Shown here: positions 1 through 12,388 of the stretch, one piece after another | Layout: each line of letters begins with the position of its first letter | How positions within the stretch are numbered: position 1 is the stretch's first letter | NCBI GenBank assembly: GCA_030704615.1 | Contig: CM060731.1 | Location: forward strand, 34,534,001-34,598,000 | DNA: 64,000 nt | Source: Takakia lepidozioides | Lineage: Eukaryota; Plantae; Bryophyta | Reading direction: 5' to 3' | Translations under genes and position numbers: made by a program | Notes under the pieces: generated by a model | The model's input: only the letters and a program-made list of their open reading frames with translations | The model's database searches: none | Told to the model about the DNA's origin: nothing

Positions 1-3000
1 GAGGAGAGGACTGACATGGAAGCTTTAGAGACAGAAACTACGATTGTAGGTTGGTTGGCAACCGCTACTTGCAACCATTGCATGGACGTATAACTGAATT
101 ACGATCCCTTGAAAGTGGAGATCCGTATAAGAGATGGGCGCTATACTCTTTAACGAGCTAATGATCCTCTGGTGTCAATATAAATCTGTAAAAACTGCCC
201 ACATAATGGTCTCTAGTCCGATAACACTCCCAAGCCAAATCATCGTACGACTCCACATGGGGAATGCGTCCTTCAAAGGGATGCCGATGAAGCAAAAGAT
301 AATCACCATCTCGATATAGTATAAATCCTGATGTATCACATTACAAAAAAAATAACAATCAACGCACATCAGCATGATACATCAAGTAGAATAATACATC
401 TAAATATCTTACTAATAAGTCCTTCACATAAAGAAATATAGAAAACCTGAAATGCAAAGATAATCACAAAAATATCTTGGCACCAGACACACAACTCTTG
501 ACAAAGGAAATAAAGTATACATCAATGAAATCAAACAATGTAGAGGTCATATGGGCACAAAAACGAAGCTTTAATATGGTCTTCTGCGCCAACAACTTGT
601 TGATGAATCCAATTGCAACATCCGAATTTGCATCATCAATAAAGAGGTCTTCAACAACACCAACATCGAAGCAATTAAATGCTCCGCTTCTGCAATGGTC
701 GGATAAGTGAAATTTGAAGATATAGCAGGCACAATGCAACCAGTGGATGGAACTGTTGTATATTGGCATGAAAGGGGTGCAGGCATGCAACATTTGCCCT
801 CACCTGCAATAAGATTACCACAAAGCCTTCATCGATATTTCAATTTTAATCGACTCAAAAATTAAAATTGATTCACACAAGAGGTAGATTCAAGAATTCT
901 AAAATCTAGATTTCAAAAGCTAATTAATCAATTCAATGAAAAATCAGGTTGTCTCTCACTGCTGCAACTTGGCACACTTTTATTTGAGGACTTAGCTCAA
1001 GAAAATACTAATGAATGGCATAACTCACAAACTAAAGAGTATGCCAAATATTTAGATAAATTGTAAGTCTTAACAAATTACGAAATACATGGGCAAATGA
1101 AACCATTAGTGGTGACTCAAAGACTAAACCTAAAGATGTAGCACACACAAAACAACCACGTGATAGAAGTGTTACGAATCGGGATGAAAGGCTTGCAGGC
1201 ATGCAACCTTTGCCCGCACCTGCAATAAAATTACCACACAATCTTCATCAATATATCAAATATCAATCTCTTGACTAATTTTTTTTTTGATTTATACAAG
1301 AGACACATTCAAGAATTTTAATGCCAAGAATTCTAAGGCTATGTCAATCTAATGAAATTTTTTAGAATTGTCAAATTGGGGAAGATGCTCACAATTATGA
1401 TTGTCTACAAATGTACTCACAAGGTAAAACAAAGATACTTTACCTTGCCGCAGATGGACTTGCATCGGAGAAGTGCACTTTGAACAGTCATCCGAGCAAG
1501 ACAAAACTATATCAATATGCCCGCTATGACCTTTAATGTTATAAAACAAAAATTGGACAGGTGAATCTTTGTGTGGTCTTCCTTCATCTCTACTGTCGGT
1601 CATGACATTGTACTCTTCTCCTTCACTTCGTCTTTCCAGCTTCTTTTCGCTCTTTCCTCCCTCAAAATAGACTCTCAGCTATTGGTATCATCTATCATCG
1701 AGAATGGCTTCATTGCCTCCAAGACATTGCATTACGACGACATGCGGGTGCATGTGTTGCGCTTCATTCAAAGCTACAAAGGGCAAGACAAAGTGTTGAG
1801 ATATGTAGGGGGGAACAATATCTATACATTGACCGTGGAGCTGGGCAAGCAGAAAGTAAAGCAACTACTCCAGGGCAGAAGAAGGAGCTAAAGACTGCAG
1901 CACAAAGAAATGAAAACTATGTCATCCTCGATAATGCGCACAACAACTTTGTACTCCTCACACACACACTCTTGAGTTTTTCGCTTTTTGGTCACTATAA
2001 ACTCAATGGATATCCCAAGAAAGCCATTTGGGTCTTGTTCATTATCGTGGCACAATTGGACTATCGTAGAAATCAACCCCCTTTTGGGAGTAATCACCAT
2101 GCCATTTTCGGAATTTTTTTGACATTGTCTCATGCCTCACATATAAAAAGACATCAAGATCATTGATGAACTTTCGTGCCTCCTTCTTCTTCTTCTCCTC
2201 TCACACCCTCTTATTGTAGGTTTTTAACAACTATATAATTTTCATGCGTTTGGGTAGGTGCCGTCGTCGTCAGCTAAATTGGCAGCATTCTTCGCTCTTT
2301 GCAACAACCATTCGTGATGCCAATCGAATAGCTCGAGCTGAGTTCCATTCATGTTCTACCTCACTGGGCTTCCCTACATTGCGTGATTGTGCATTTTACA
2401 CCTCTATAAAATTCAGTAGACATTGGACCAGATCGATCTGTGACACTTGGTCAAGCACATTCTTTGTTTGACAACCTCCATATTTCGGAAAATGAATTAC
2501 AAGGGTATTTACCGTATACACACTCATCACAAAAACTTCAGACCCAATCGCATGTAAGATCATTGTCTTCAACAAGATTAATAGTTGACAGGAATGTCAA
2601 ATTTTGCATTTGAGAGTACATGTCCAATTCTCTGATGCAACATCTCATTCTTTTTATAATAATATTTGCAATCTACATGTAAAGCTTATACAGCTCTAAC
2701 TAATTTGTACAGTCTCACATCTTGAATTGCCCGAGCTATCATTTCATTCATCTTCAGCCAACATTGATTGGTAGAAAACTTAATCTTAAAACTCTGCTTA
2801 GTTAGCTAACTAACTGACAATAAGTTCTTTGGTCAATTCTAAAACATAAAGAGCATCAGTTACAATATCTTTTAACACTTCAAATGATAATTGAAATGCA
2901 GTAGTATGTTTTCCATGGATATCAAGACACTATAAAGGAAAATAAAATTTTCCACTTGCATATTTAACCATTTATGTCTTTTACCACTTGTAAAGTACAA

Positions 3001-4282
3001 GCGTTATTCATGAGTGGTTAATCCAACTGAGGTGTTATGGTGGCATTAGTGCAAGAGGGCATAAGTACTTTAAATATATTATTACACATTTCTAAGCCGC
3101 ATAGAACATGTCATGTGACATAATAAAGCTACATTGATGTAATATATTGATGTATATATGTGTCATTTCAATGGATATAATTCATCCATGTGGGATATCT
3201 TAGAAGTGATAAGATCCCCTTGGATGAGTGAGTGGTTGAATGACCATTGGTATATGTGAAACTATTACTATTGTCTCCAAGATATACTGTGTCCCAAAAA
3301 AAGTTATTTGAAGGTTATGAATGCAGTTTCTCTCTATAATGTCATATGTTGAGAAATTCACGAATCAATAAACGTCCATGCACCAAACTTAGAGAAAGAT
3401 TTTCTTTAAAAAAAATCTCTAAGAGACTCAATTTGTAGAGACCTAGCCTGCTCACTGCAGCCATGGTCTCTCCATCTTTACCTTGCACATAAATTGAAGC
3501 AGTTATTATTTCTCACACATCTTTCTCATGGAGAATGAACTCCATCTTCATTTTCTATGTATGAATTTGTGATCATTTAACTTCTCTACTCAGATATGAT
3601 CAACAAAATATCATGATGATCATTTGATGCGTTGTCAAGTGTAAAACACTCAAAATCTCATTTATAACTTTAAGCACTCAAGCCTATAGGTTGTGAATCA
3701 AATTCTTCAGTCACACACAACTTCGATCTTATACCCTATTATAATAAAAGATAAAATGATTTACCGAGATTCTCCACCTAACCATATGAATTTTAAACAC
3801 AACATGTTGTTTTTTTTTTTTTTTTTTTTTCCCCCCTTCCACTCTTCGAGCTTTCCCCTATTTATACTCAAATTAGTTGACCCTAGAATTTGGCGAGATA
3901 ACTATAGCTTGAATAGAATTGAGGTGGATTTGCACGGTCATTTTGAGTTATCTCCAACTATTATTTTACTACTTTTGACATGTAGTCACTACTAACTAAA
4001 ACTAATTTAAGCTAACTAGGGCTTATCATTGATCACTATAACTTGTTATCACAGCTATTATTGTATTCTGACTTGTCATGACAATAACTTTGAATAGAAA
4101 TAACTTGGTAAATAGTCAATTTTCAACACGAAAAATAGATTATTGAAATGCTGGGATTTTTGGATATTTTCCAGAAAAAATGCTAATATCTTTATTTTTT
4201 GGAGAATTAAACCTAGATTTTGTATTATGCATACCTACTTTTCCGTTGCACATCCACACGCTACCAAGCTGTGTTACTATTA

Positions 4283-5930
4283 GAGCATGCCCAGCAGGCG
4301 CTCTATATGGCACGCTATCATCAACAAGCGGCCGCTGAGATCGCGCATCCCTAGCAGCACTTCACGCACTTCAAAATGGTGAGGCTCTAGGGAATTCCAA
4401 AAAGGCCTTGATGTGAAATGCATCGCAATTCACTTGATCACCCCCTAAAAGTGCGCAATTCAATTGAATTGCACTAACCCTAATTTGCAATTGAATTGAA
4501 TTGAATTGTAATCTATAATTTTTAACTTATTTTTGTATATAATATATAATATATATGTACATGTATATATTCAAATTATATTTATACACATATAAGAGTA
4601 TAAGCTAAAAATACATGTTGCCCGTCTATTCTTGCTGGCCCTCTTTCTTGTGCCCTTGAGGAAATTGTGGAGTTGTGAAGCCACCTTCACCCTCAGCGAG
4701 AAAGAGAGAGCCAGAGACGGAGACAGATTAGCAGCTTCCTGTGATTCACTGGCAAAAGAAACATGGCTGGCTCCGAAAAAAACAGACAAAATCAAACCTG
4801 ACAATTGATGAAAGGCTTCCCCTGCATCACCATGTAGTCCTCTAACACTAGTATCTGGCCCAGGACAAAGAAAACAAAAAATATGTTCATCTTGAGAATT
4901 ATCAAAAATTGAGATACCCTTACAAAGGTATCATGTTGAAGTTGGGATGTGTGTTCCATATAAGTTTAATATATCAAACTCTTACACGTTGATACTCTTA
5001 CATTGGTATCATGTTTGGTATATGTACATAGCCATATATTGGCTCCAACATCCACAAAGAGAGACAATCCCGCTTTTACAAGCGTTTCGTGACTTCCTCT
5101 CTCTCTCCCTCCCTCTCTCGCTCTCCCTTAGGCTTATCTTGGGCTCAAGCCTTACCACGGGCAAAGGATTGACAGACGGACAGCAAGAATAGACGGGCAA
5201 CATGTATTTTTAGCTTATACCTGTGTATGTATATATGTATAATTTAAATATATACATATATATATATATATATTATACAGAAATAAGTTAAAAATTATAG
5301 ATTACAATTCAATTGAATTGTAGTCAGCAATTCAATTGAATTGCCAACTAGCGATTCAATTGAATTGCGAATTGGCAATTCAATTGATTTGCAAATTCAC
5401 AATTCAATTGAATTGCCAATTCGCAATTCAATTGAATTGCCAATTCGCAATTCAATTGTATCGTGTGCCGACAATTCAATTGAATTGCCAATTCGCAATT
5501 CAATTGAATCGTGTGCCGACAATTCAATTGAATTGCAAATTAGGGTTAGTTCAATTGAATTGCCCTTGCAATTCAATTGAATTGCGCACTTTTAGGGGGT
5601 GATCAAGTGAATTGCGATGCATTTCACATCAAGGCCTTTTTGGAATTCCCTAGAGCCTCACCAAAAATTGTCGCACTTCCCGCACTATCTTCCTGCCCTT
5701 TGGTCTGTCATTCTCCCCAGCTACCTACCGCTCAGCCTCACACGTAATGACGAGTGGCGGGCCAAGCGGCGGGGCCCACGATCACGTGCGCCATTACTCC
5801 CCTTGGATTATGGTGCGTTGGTGCTAGGGCTCTTACCAGCCTACACGCTATCTAACTTGCCTGCCTCACCATATGCCTCACGAGCATAGTGATAGCGTGG
5901 TAGTTTGGTGAGCCTCTTCTGGGCATGCTC
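4283..5930. mobile_element. Non-autonomous PIF/Harbinger-type DNA element with long internal inverted repeats (foldback-like)
   Basis: 12-bp perfect TIRs GAGCATGCCCAG (4283-4294) / CTGGGCATGCTC (5919-5930), flanked by TTA on both sides (4280-4282, 5931-5933); subterminal CACGCTATCA also mirrored; internal arms ~4377-4637 and ~5180-5662 are reverse complements; no transposase ORF. Confidence 0.85.
5304..5590. repeat. Tandem array of ~12 x 24-bp units built on the palindrome GCAATTCAATTGAATTGC
   Basis: CAATTCAATTG-type core recurs about every 24 bp (5304, 5328, 5352, 5376, 5400, 5424, 5448, 5472, 5496, 5520...); it produces the repetitive spurious ORFs 5336..5602 and 5341..5580. Confidence 0.9.
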
Positions 5931-7316
5931 TTAGTATATAGAACAACATGTGACATTTAGCCTGGTAATAAGGGAATTTCATCAGTGATTGTGGATTCAA
6001 ACCACATGTTGGATATCATAAAAAAATCAACTTTCCAACGAAGGTAGTAACAGTCTGGGATCAAGGTGCGGTTGCTTTGGAAATACGTCGACATTTATGT
6101 AGCACAAACAAAAAATATATACGTATTCTAAAGTTTCTTGTTGCTCCACACTACTAGTGACTACTTCAATTATGGACTCAAATGGCATAAATAATTTATT
6201 TTAATTGTTAATATATTTTTCAAGTATTAAATCTCATTATCACAAAATTATGCTTGCAAGTTTTCATTATCAGACCTTCATGTAGCCGCATAAGGAAATC
6301 ATCAGAAGACCTTCAATAATCTCAAGAATAATTTCCAAGATTGATATTGTTCTGGGTTGTTTTACAGTGTAGGTAATAAAAGTTGGCGGGTGTGTGTATA
6401 TTTGTGTATGGATCAGTAGCTATTATGACATGAGGCAGTAATGTGATGAGTTACTGAGGAAAAATTGGGAAAGGGGAATGGAGGCCTGAGTAGCATTGCA
6501 GGAGGTGGAAAAATTAGCACCCAAGTGGCCTTGAAGGCTTATTAGAGTGGGGGAACTACCCCGTCACAAGTTTGACAATAAATTTTTTGAAGTTGCATGA
6601 ATCTGTTAAACTTCAAATTTCATAATTTAACGACAATTTAGTCGAAGTAGTACAAATGATTGATAATAATATGACAAACTCTCGCAACTCTAAGACATGT
6701 AATATAGGGACCACATATTTTTTGTTTTGATAGAATTTATAAATCAAATTTAAAATTTTCTTACTTAGCTCATAAATTAGTATAGTTGACATGATACATT
6801 CTAAATAATATGGTTTTGGGGTCTATCTAAAATCTTTTATATATTCTTCGCATTGTCTTTAATGCTAGTACCTAGTTTGGATATTTAGCCTCTTTTTGCC
6901 TGCAAGGTTGTAAACTGAATTAAGAATGACATATCCTATGGTCACACACATTATTTTATTTTTTCATTTTTACCAAGTATATTGGAATATGGTTCTTCGG
7001 CCATGATGCTTACAAATGGATAATCCATCTGGTTTCCAACCCCAATGCGGAGGGTTAACAATAAAAACTTACCCGCATCAAGTACTAATGCTAAAACTAA
7101 TGGTAATTACTAGCTTATACTAGCATGAGTGGATTAGAGGCACCTCTGAGTTGCAACTTAGGGAGAGATGAGTGAGAGAGAGCCAGATGAAAGGTTCTCT
7201 TATGATGAGTAATGTTATAGATTTTCTTCATCCTTCAAGTTTTAGTTTAGGGGATGAGATTGATACATCCCCATTGAGACATTTTGGACTTGTGGCAGTC
7301 CGGAAAGGGTTTAGAC

Positions 7317-8611
7317 CAATGTTGTGCGGGTAAATAGATTTTTGCTTATCCTCCAGGTAAGGGTAAATAAAAATCAGAGGTTTATTTATCCTCCGGGTAA
7401 GGGTAAATTATTTATATGTCCATTTATTTATCCTACAAGTAAGGGTAAATTATTGATATGTCCATTTATTTATCCTACGAGTAAAGGGTGAAGGCCAATA
7501 TTTTCGACCGGATAAGGATAAATACCGGGTAAGGATATATGATTTACCCTTTTTATACCCGCCGGGTAAATAAAGGATATATAGAAGGATATATAATTTT
7601 TTAAGTTTGTTATGCTCAACTCAAAAAATATAACTAACTAATTAAGGTAATCAATTGTCTATTTATTGGTTTAGTAGGCTCATCGTATCATATGTTGACT
7701 AGGGATAGAAATAGACTAGGGAAAATGACCAGCTTGTGCTACATCTTGCATGTTTAACACCATATGCTTGCCACAAATCCCACATGCGAGAGGGAAAGCG
7801 AAGAAAAATAGATCCCTATCTCCCAAGAAACCCTGTGCTCAGTCTGCGTAGGATGGAGATGGGGGGCAGAAAAGCCGAAATGGAGCTAGGTATGAGTATA
7901 TGTTAGTGCAGCTAGTTGTAATCTGTACTACCATCAATATATGAAGCAAGCCATCAAGCCTAGTCTGCTCCACCAGTTTCTGCCGATCTCTCTCGAGATC
8001 GATCTTCTTCTTGAAGCAACTTTCCTGTTAGATTAACTCTTCATGTACCTCTCACCTATCTTGTATATAATTACATGACCAAGTAGCAAACAAATGAAGA
8101 GAAAACATGAAAGATGATTCTGACCAGAGGAAAGGAGATGGAGGGTGGGCATAGGTACTTCAAACTAGAAGCCTTGAATAACTGCCATTGAATTGGAAGG
8201 CAAGAACTCGAAAACAACCTTTACGGAATCGTCAGTGGCAGCAGTGAGCAAGACAGGTTCATTGGCCACGAAGTGAAGAGATCAATCAGCTGAATCACGG
8301 GCATTCTTTATAACTACCTGTTCCATTTTTCCCGAATCCAAATGCTGATCACACCGGATAGGCCCTCCAGTTGCCAAGAAAGGCTGTAGTTGTTCATTTA
8401 CCCTTTTGTCATTTACCCTCCAAAAATATATATTTACCCGCGGGTAAAGGGTATATGGAAACTATTTACCCGTCACACGGGTAAAGGTAAGGGTATCTCA
8501 GATTATTTACCCGTCTGAAGGGTAAGGATAAGGGTAAATGAAATGGGCCAATCCGGGTAAATCATTTACCCTTACCCTGATTTACCCGCCGGGTTTACCC
8601 GCACAACACTG
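7317..8611. mobile_element. Non-autonomous hAT-like element carrying a captured gene fragment
   Basis: 18-bp TIRs with one mismatch, CAATGTTGTGCGGGTAAA / TTTACCCGCACAACACTG; dense subterminal GGGTAA(A)/TTTACCC motifs at 7325-7570 and 8395-8600; absent from the paralogous copy at 13590-13604. No TSD visible. Confidence 0.8.
8219..8386 (-). pseudogene. Frameshifted UTP21/WDR36 (U3 snoRNP WD40 protein) exon fragment inside the hAT element
   Basis: Minus strand, with frame changes, reads QPFLATGGP / SGVISIW / IKNARDS / SLHFVANEPVLLTAATDDSVK followed by GT; matches the recalled plant WDR36 stretch PLLASGGSxGVISIW...VIRDAHDSSIISLxFxANEPVLMSASADNSLK. Confidence 0.7.
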
Positions 8612-10856
8612 GCAAGAAGAATTTTTTTTGAGGCAGACTCTCCTGACATTCAGGGTTCAGGGGTTATACATTGAAGACAGTCAGCAACTCTCAGTGACTG
8701 TGAGGGACGGAGGGGAGGTTAGTGTACATCTGCTTGGCGTGGGTAGCTCTAGAAGTATTTATAAAGCCAAAGAACAGCTTGTCTTGCCAAACCAACTATT
8801 GGGTTTCAGAAGGTAAACCAGCTAATAAGTGAAGTGGGCACTGGACAAAACTAACCATTTGTAATTGGCTTTCTTGGCTTGTTGTTACGAATTTTCAACT
8901 AAACAGCTGTGCTTTATATTTGTGTATGGTTGGGGTTAGTCTTTGACATCAGCAAACCCAAATGTGTACTGCCAAGTGTGGGCCAAGAGTGTAAAAATAT
9001 TGACAAAAATTAATTTCCGTTGGGATTCTTGGAAACATGAGATTGGATGTGCTTAAGTTACAAGAAGTTCACTTGCAGAAACTATACTCTTCTTGTGAAA
9101 TTGAGATCACTAGATGCTTACATATACCACCTGCAGACGCCCACCACGAACATACTTTCCACTGCTGATCAATAAGTATTCTCTCAAATTCTCATCCCTA
9201 CTCTAGCGCTAAGTACTGTCTTCAACATACGGTGATATGGAGATTGAGAATTCTGTGGCGTGGGAGACCGTGCAAGAGGACGGAGAAAAGATAGAGCCTG
9301 AGAGTGGGTTTGATGTGGAATTGTCTGTAAAATTACACAAGTCAACAGCCATGCATACATGTGTGATACCCGACTTGACCCTACAGCCAAAGAAAGACAC
9401 TGATGATTTTCTAGAAGAACGTGTGTCTCTATCAAAGCGGGTCCGCCAAGAATGCTGAGCACTAGCTAAGCAGTCACAGCTTCTCGCCACAATTAGTAGC
9501 AATGAGAATCTCCAGAGAAAACAGGACAGCAATATACAATATCCTTATGAATCAAGCAATTGTGGATATCAATTTCAGAACTTCTCATGAACAAAGTCCA
9601 GATTTCAACAAACACCAATCAGTGGTAAACATGTGTAGTTGCGATCTACTAGAAACGCAATTTGCATGTCAAAACACCCAGTATCGCATTTTATTCAATT
9701 TTTACACCAAAGTTGCACCATATTTGGCATCAAGTATCAAACTTAGACTGAAGAATTTCCGATCTCGCAAATGCACACTACTGAAAAATGCCTCACAGGT
9801 AGCCATGCGGACACTAAACCAAAGAAAAGTTGTCTTCATCATACTCCTCTCACTCCACAACTCCATCGAATTCATCTTCGAAAATTTCGAAAGGTTATGT
9901 ATATATGTACACAATCCCCTTTGCTTGGTTTTGTGATCATTGGGTCGGTGAAGTATACAATAACCCCCATATAGCCTCCCAATAAACTGGGTGGGCAATC
10001 ACACCATGTCATCAAGGGCTTACTTGAATGATAACCCCCTGTCACTCAACATTCATAATGGGAGGACAACAGCAACATCAACACAAGACAAAGGAAAGCA
10101 ATCCTGACAAAGGAAAAACCTCATGACTGATCAGATATGTAAGAATAGTGATCCCAAATTGAACGGGTCAAGATTGATTGCTTGAATTGTAACATTGGAT
10201 TGTACCCTAATCCAGTGTGAGTCTGGTAGTAAACGACATCCAAATTTTCCGAGTACAGTGTTCATATTTCCTAGGTCTACTTCATTGTATCATAAGTTAC
10301 TCAAATTTACAGACTTCCAACATTTACTTCATACTACAGAGTTGATACCCCGGGTGTGTCATGTGCACACACATGTATACTTGGGCTGTTGTTGTTTGAT
10401 TGCATTGTCTGCATGGGGGCGCGACCCACACAGTTGCTCACGTTCACTAACACTAGTGGAGATTACGCAGAGGATAAGCCTGATCCGTAGTTTCAGTTGA
10501 CGCTGGCGTGATCAGCACTTGAGTCTCTTCATAGCCACTTGATCTTCTGCGTGCGTCTCTGCTTCTGTCATAGCAGGGCGCAAATGAGAGAAGGCCTTCT
10601 TAGAGGGCAAAGACTGCTCAGGTACGAACAAGGTAAGTGTTGAGTTGGTGGAATCGTCAAAAGCTGGAGGTACGACAGGGCTCCTGCTGTGGATCCAGCG
10701 TAATATTGCTTTGGAACCACAAAGAGTAGAGGGTGCAACTTTTTCATCGTTCAGTCTCGGTATTCTCTTGCTTGACTCTTTAGGACCTGCAGCTTGCTCT
10801 GACGTGAGAGAGGAATTGTGCACTTTTGCAGTCCCTGAACTGGTAAGGTGGTTGTC

Positions 10857-11732
10857 TTATAACTTCACACCTGTGGGAAGCGCTCCTGAGCACGCTTGTG
10901 CCCCGACAAAATTTAAGGATGTATGGATCCTCCCGTCGTCCTCCTCCTCTGCTTCTGTCATGGCAGGGCATAAATAAGATCGGCGCTTCTTAGGTGGCAG
11001 TAGACATTCCTCACGTACCAACTTGGTAAGCGTTGACTTGATTGCATCGTCATAAGATTTGCCTGTGGGTGCAAGCGCTCCCCAGCACGCTTGTGCCCCT
11101 CCAATATTGACATGGGTTCTTCCGTCCTCCTCCTTGAGCGAATCTTCTCCTCCTTGAATCGGGCTAGATGTCGTCGTTACATCGCTAGTTGTGTCCAGAA
11201 ACAGCAGCTTGCACTCTAAAGAGCAGAAACTTGTATCGCCCTGCTGCTTGCTCAAGTTCGTTGGCAGGAGCTCACCAGATGGAAGGGACGGCAGTTTTTT
11301 TCTGTCCTCGTGCGGTGAACGTGCCTTCATCAATTTCCATTTACAATTCCTGCAGAGTGCAGGGTCCGGCGCTCCAGATTTTTTGGACGGGGCCATGACT
11401 CTTTCGCTTTTCCCTGGTGAAGCGCAAAGAAAGAGGACAGTACTGTCATTGATACGATACTCCTGAATTCCTGCCACATCAAGAAGTTTGCGGACGTCCA
11501 CGCTACGAACTGCGTTTCTGTTTGAGGCTTTTCGTATTCGCAGGCGACGATGACTGAAGTGGGCCTTGCTAGGGACTGTAAACTCCATATCACAAAGATG
11601 TCCTTCATGACAATCAAGGCAGAAATAGTTTCTGCATATTCCTCGTCTATGACAAGTATTACATGGCTTCGATCCGTACGAAGAGGATAAAAATGTTCGT
11701 ATCCAGTCAGGAAACAGCCTCGGGCCCACCAT
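10857..11732 (-). CDS. PLATZ zinc-binding transcription factor (DUF597), intronless; reading frame continues past an in-frame TAA to 10512
   Basis: PLATZ motifs: PDWIRTFL, C-x2-C/H, NYFCLDC, H..HRRLRIRK, LLDVAGIQEYRIN...VLFL, CRNC...L, FCSLECKL. Confidence 0.85.
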   Translation of the reverse strand: MVGPRLFPDWIRTFLSSSYGSKPCNTCHRRGICRNYFCLDCHEGHLCDMEFTVPSKAHFSHRRLRIRKASNRNAVRSVDVRKLLDVAGIQEYRINDSTVLFLCASPGKSERVMAPSKKSGAPDPALCRNCKWKLMKARSPHEDRKKLPSLPSGELLPTNLSKQQGDTSFCSLECKLLFLDTTSDVTTTSSPIQGGEDSLKEEDGRTHVNIGGAQACWGALAPTGKSYDDAIKSTLTKLVREECLLPPKKRRSYLCPAMTEAEEEDDGRIHTSLNFVGAQACSGALPTGVKL

Positions 11733-11909
11733 TGCTCCTGATTATCGCCCTCGAATCTACACAGATTGTACAAGCAGGAATAACCGCAGGGCAAGCTTGC
11801 AACACCCAACACTGAGGCACGGTCGAACTCAAACTCAACAGAGAAAAATGATCTAGACAAGCTAGCCAGTAGCTGCAAATCCCACGCCTGAGCTCGCACT
11901 GGATTGAGA

Positions 11910-12388
11910 GAGAGACAAGGAGCTACAAACCCCACTCAGATTAATGCCAGGGAGTCTCTATCTAGAGCTCGAGCTTATAAAATAATTTTTCAGCGTGCTC
12001 CAGAAGCATGGATCGCTGCTTTTCGTGATGTATTTCGGGTTGTGCTTTTGCATACAAAAGTTGGTCGGGATACAAAAGGTGACTAATCTAAATTTGGAGG
12101 TCACGGAACAGAACGTCTCCCCCTAAGAAAGCAGAAATGATTTCTTAAAAGAGAGACAAAGAGCTACAAACCCCACTGAGATTAATGCCAGGGAGCTCTA
12201 TCTAGAGCTCGAGCTTATGAATGAGATTTTGCAGTGTGCTCCAAAAGCATGGATCGCTGCTTTTCGTGGAGTATTTCGGGTTGTGCTTTTGTACACCAAT
12301 GTTGGGATAAAAAGGGTGACTAATCTATATTTGTCGGTAACTGAACCGAACGTCACCCGTACTAAGAATGCAGAATGATTTCTTAAAA
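11910..12388. repeat. Tandem duplication 2 x ~240 bp in the PLATZ/CSL4 divergent intergenic region
   Basis: GAGAGACAAxGAGCTACAAACCCCACTxAGATTAATGCCAGGGAG...ATGATTTCTTAAAA at 11910-12150 and 12151-12388. Confidence 0.9.

Larger units (their letters stand above)
7142..9085 (+). repeat. Diverged direct copy of part of CSL4 intron 1 (13417-14060), split by a hAT-type insertion
   Basis: 7142-7315 aligns with 13417-13591 and 8612-9085 aligns with 13604-14060 (shared strings such as GAGACATTTTGGACTTGTGGCAGTCCGGAAAGGGTTTAGA and GAGGCAGACTCTCCTGACATTCAGGGTTCAGG). Confidence 0.9.

Noticed and set aside
5304-5602. Regularly spaced palindromic repeats as a CRISPR array, and the repetitive ORFs over them as proteins
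   Set aside because: Spacers are only ~6-8 bp and themselves repeated, there are no cas genes, the context is eukaryotic, and the ORFs are translations of the tandem repeat inside a transposon.
9237-9998. Short ORFs 9237..9458, 9502..9936 and 9702..9998 as genes
   Set aside because: No recognisable domain or consistent exon structure.
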